IMG/VR virus record: IMGVR_UViG_2675903658_000001
Length of the DNA: 14,641 nt
Source: a virus
Lineage: Duplodnaviria > Heunggongvirae > Uroviricota > Caudoviricetes
Reading direction: 5' to 3' (one strand)
Below, in pieces: positions 13,796 to 14,641 of the stretch; positions within the stretch are counted from its first letter, which is position 1, and each line of letters starts with the position of its first letter. The position numbers and the translations under genes were made by a program. The notes under the pieces are model-generated. The model was not told the DNA's origin. It saw only the letters and a program-made list of their open reading frames with translations, and did no database searches.

Positions 13796-14641
13796 AGTGC
13801 CTCCTGTATCATGTGTGTTCAGCGCCGCAGCCATCACGCTGATGGCATCCGACGCATTGATTAATTCATCCGCCAGCCCGGCCTCAATGCCGGACTGACC
13901 TTCAAAAACGGCGGCCTCTGTTCCCGTGACTGCATCAACAGACAGACCGGTATACATCGCCACTTTTTCGGCAAACATCCGGCGCGCCGCATCAATCCGC
14001 TGCTGCATGTCCTGGCGAACCTCTTCCGGCAACGCTTCAAACTGATTGCCATCCACCTTGTGCGCCCCTGAGTAAATCAGCGTGATATCCACACCGGCCT
14101 GCGCCAGATGACCGGCATAGCTGACATGGCTCATCATCACGCCAATGGAGCCGATACGGGATGTCTGGGTAACCAGCCGTCGGGAGCAGGCCGACGCCAG
14201 CAGCATGGCTGCAGAACAGGCCGTGTCATTGCACAGTGCCCAGACCGGCTTCTGCTGACGGAGTCGGTAAATCATGTCAGCACAGTCAAACGCACCGGCG
14301 GCCTGCCCGCCCGGACTGTCAATGTCCAGCAGTACACCCCGCACCTGGCTATCCGCCATTGCCTGCTGAAGACAGGCGACAATGCCGTCATAGCCTGTCA
14401 TTCCGGAAAATGGCCGCATACCCCCCAGCCGGTGCACCAGCGTGCCTGTCACCGGCAGTACAGCAATACCGTTCACCACCCGGTAAACACGGGCCGGTCG
14501 TTTACCTCCGGCCATGTACTCGTCCGTTTCAGCCAGCATTCCGGGAGCATCAAGCTGTACCTGCTGTTGTGGTACCGAAAGACTTGCTGCCCCCATCTCG
14601 CGCCCGAGCGCGCAAAAGAAAACCCGCGCATAGGCGGGCTC
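13193..14641 (-). CDS. C: Capsid assembly protease C (S49/ClpP-like), 5' end beyond the right edge of the window
   Basis: The frame is open to the window edge; the upstream codons read EPAYARVFFCAL, matching lambda C near residue 25. The body has a lambda C-like core (VNGIAVLPVTG...VWALCNDTACSAAMLLASA...). Confidence 0.92.
   Translation of the reverse strand, partial: EPAYARVFFCALGREMGAASLSVPQQQVQLDAPGMLAETDEYMAGGKRPARVYRVVNGIAVLPVTGTLVHRLGGMRPFSGMTGYDGIVACLQQAMADSQVRGVLLDIDSPGGQAAGAFDCADMIYRLRQQKPVWALCNDTACSAAMLLASACSRRLVTQTSRIGSIGVMMSHVSYAGHLAQAGVDITLIYSGAHKVDGNQFEALPEEVRQDMQQRIDAARRMFAEKVAMYTGLSVDAVTGTEAAVFEGQSGIEAGLADELINASDAISVMAAALNTHDTGGTMPQLTATEAAAQENQRVMGILTCQEAKGREHLATMLAGQQGMSVEQARAILTAAAPQQPVASTQSEADRIMACEEAKGREQLAATLAAMPEMTVEKARPILAAAPLADAGPSLRDQIMALDEAKGAEAQAEKLAAFPGMTVEAARDILSSSPDKAEPVSASTTALFEHFMANHSPAAVQGGVSQTSEDGDADVKMLMAMP
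13313..13762 (-). repeat. Three tandem, diverged ~48-codon repeats within the C/Nu3 C-terminal region
   Basis: The protein repeats share the motif EAKGRE.LA..LA..P.MTVE.AR.IL.AAP (ILTCQEAKGREHLATMLAGQQGMSVEQARAILTAAAP / IMACEEAKGREQLAATLAAMPEMTVEKARPILAAAP / IMALDEAKGAEAQAEKLAAFPGMTVEAARDILSSSP). Lambda has one copy as I recall. Confidence 0.7.

Noticed and set aside
1-14641. CRISPR arrays, tRNA or rRNA genes, IS elements or transposases, integrase or att sites
   Set aside because: I saw no regularly spaced short repeats, cloverleaf-like candidates, transposase-like ORFs or terminal inverted repeats. The window is confined to the late structural operon, so integrase and att would lie elsewhere.

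Overview
This window is the virion structural (head-to-tail) module of a lambda-like siphophage or prophage, all encoded on the minus strand in canonical lambda order. From right to left: C (5' end beyond the window) with a nested Nu3-like scaffold, D, E, FI, FII, Z, U, V, G, the G-T frameshift product, H (tape measure), M, L, K, I, and then an N-terminally intact but C-terminally truncated J. Protein identifications rest on my recollection of phage lambda sequences (roughly 70-90% identity by eye) and were not database-searched. The ordinary part is the conserved late operon. The unusual part is the left ~3.5 kb: (i) a ~340 bp AT-rich insert between I and J carrying a near-consensus sigma70 promoter on the plus strand, a ~100-nt candidate antisense small RNA ending in an intrinsic terminator, and a separate bidirectional terminator; (ii) a second ~95 bp copy of the same RNA/terminator element exactly at the point where J is truncated; and (iii) immediately after it a second copy of the 3' end of H and the start of M, colinear with 5628-6302. 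So the I-J boundary is a recombination/accessory hot spot, and the region is either a tandem or chimeric prophage junction or an assembly collapse. No CRISPR array, tRNA, rRNA or transposase was seen. Most plus-strand ORFs in the track are antisense artefacts of GC-rich coding sequence.
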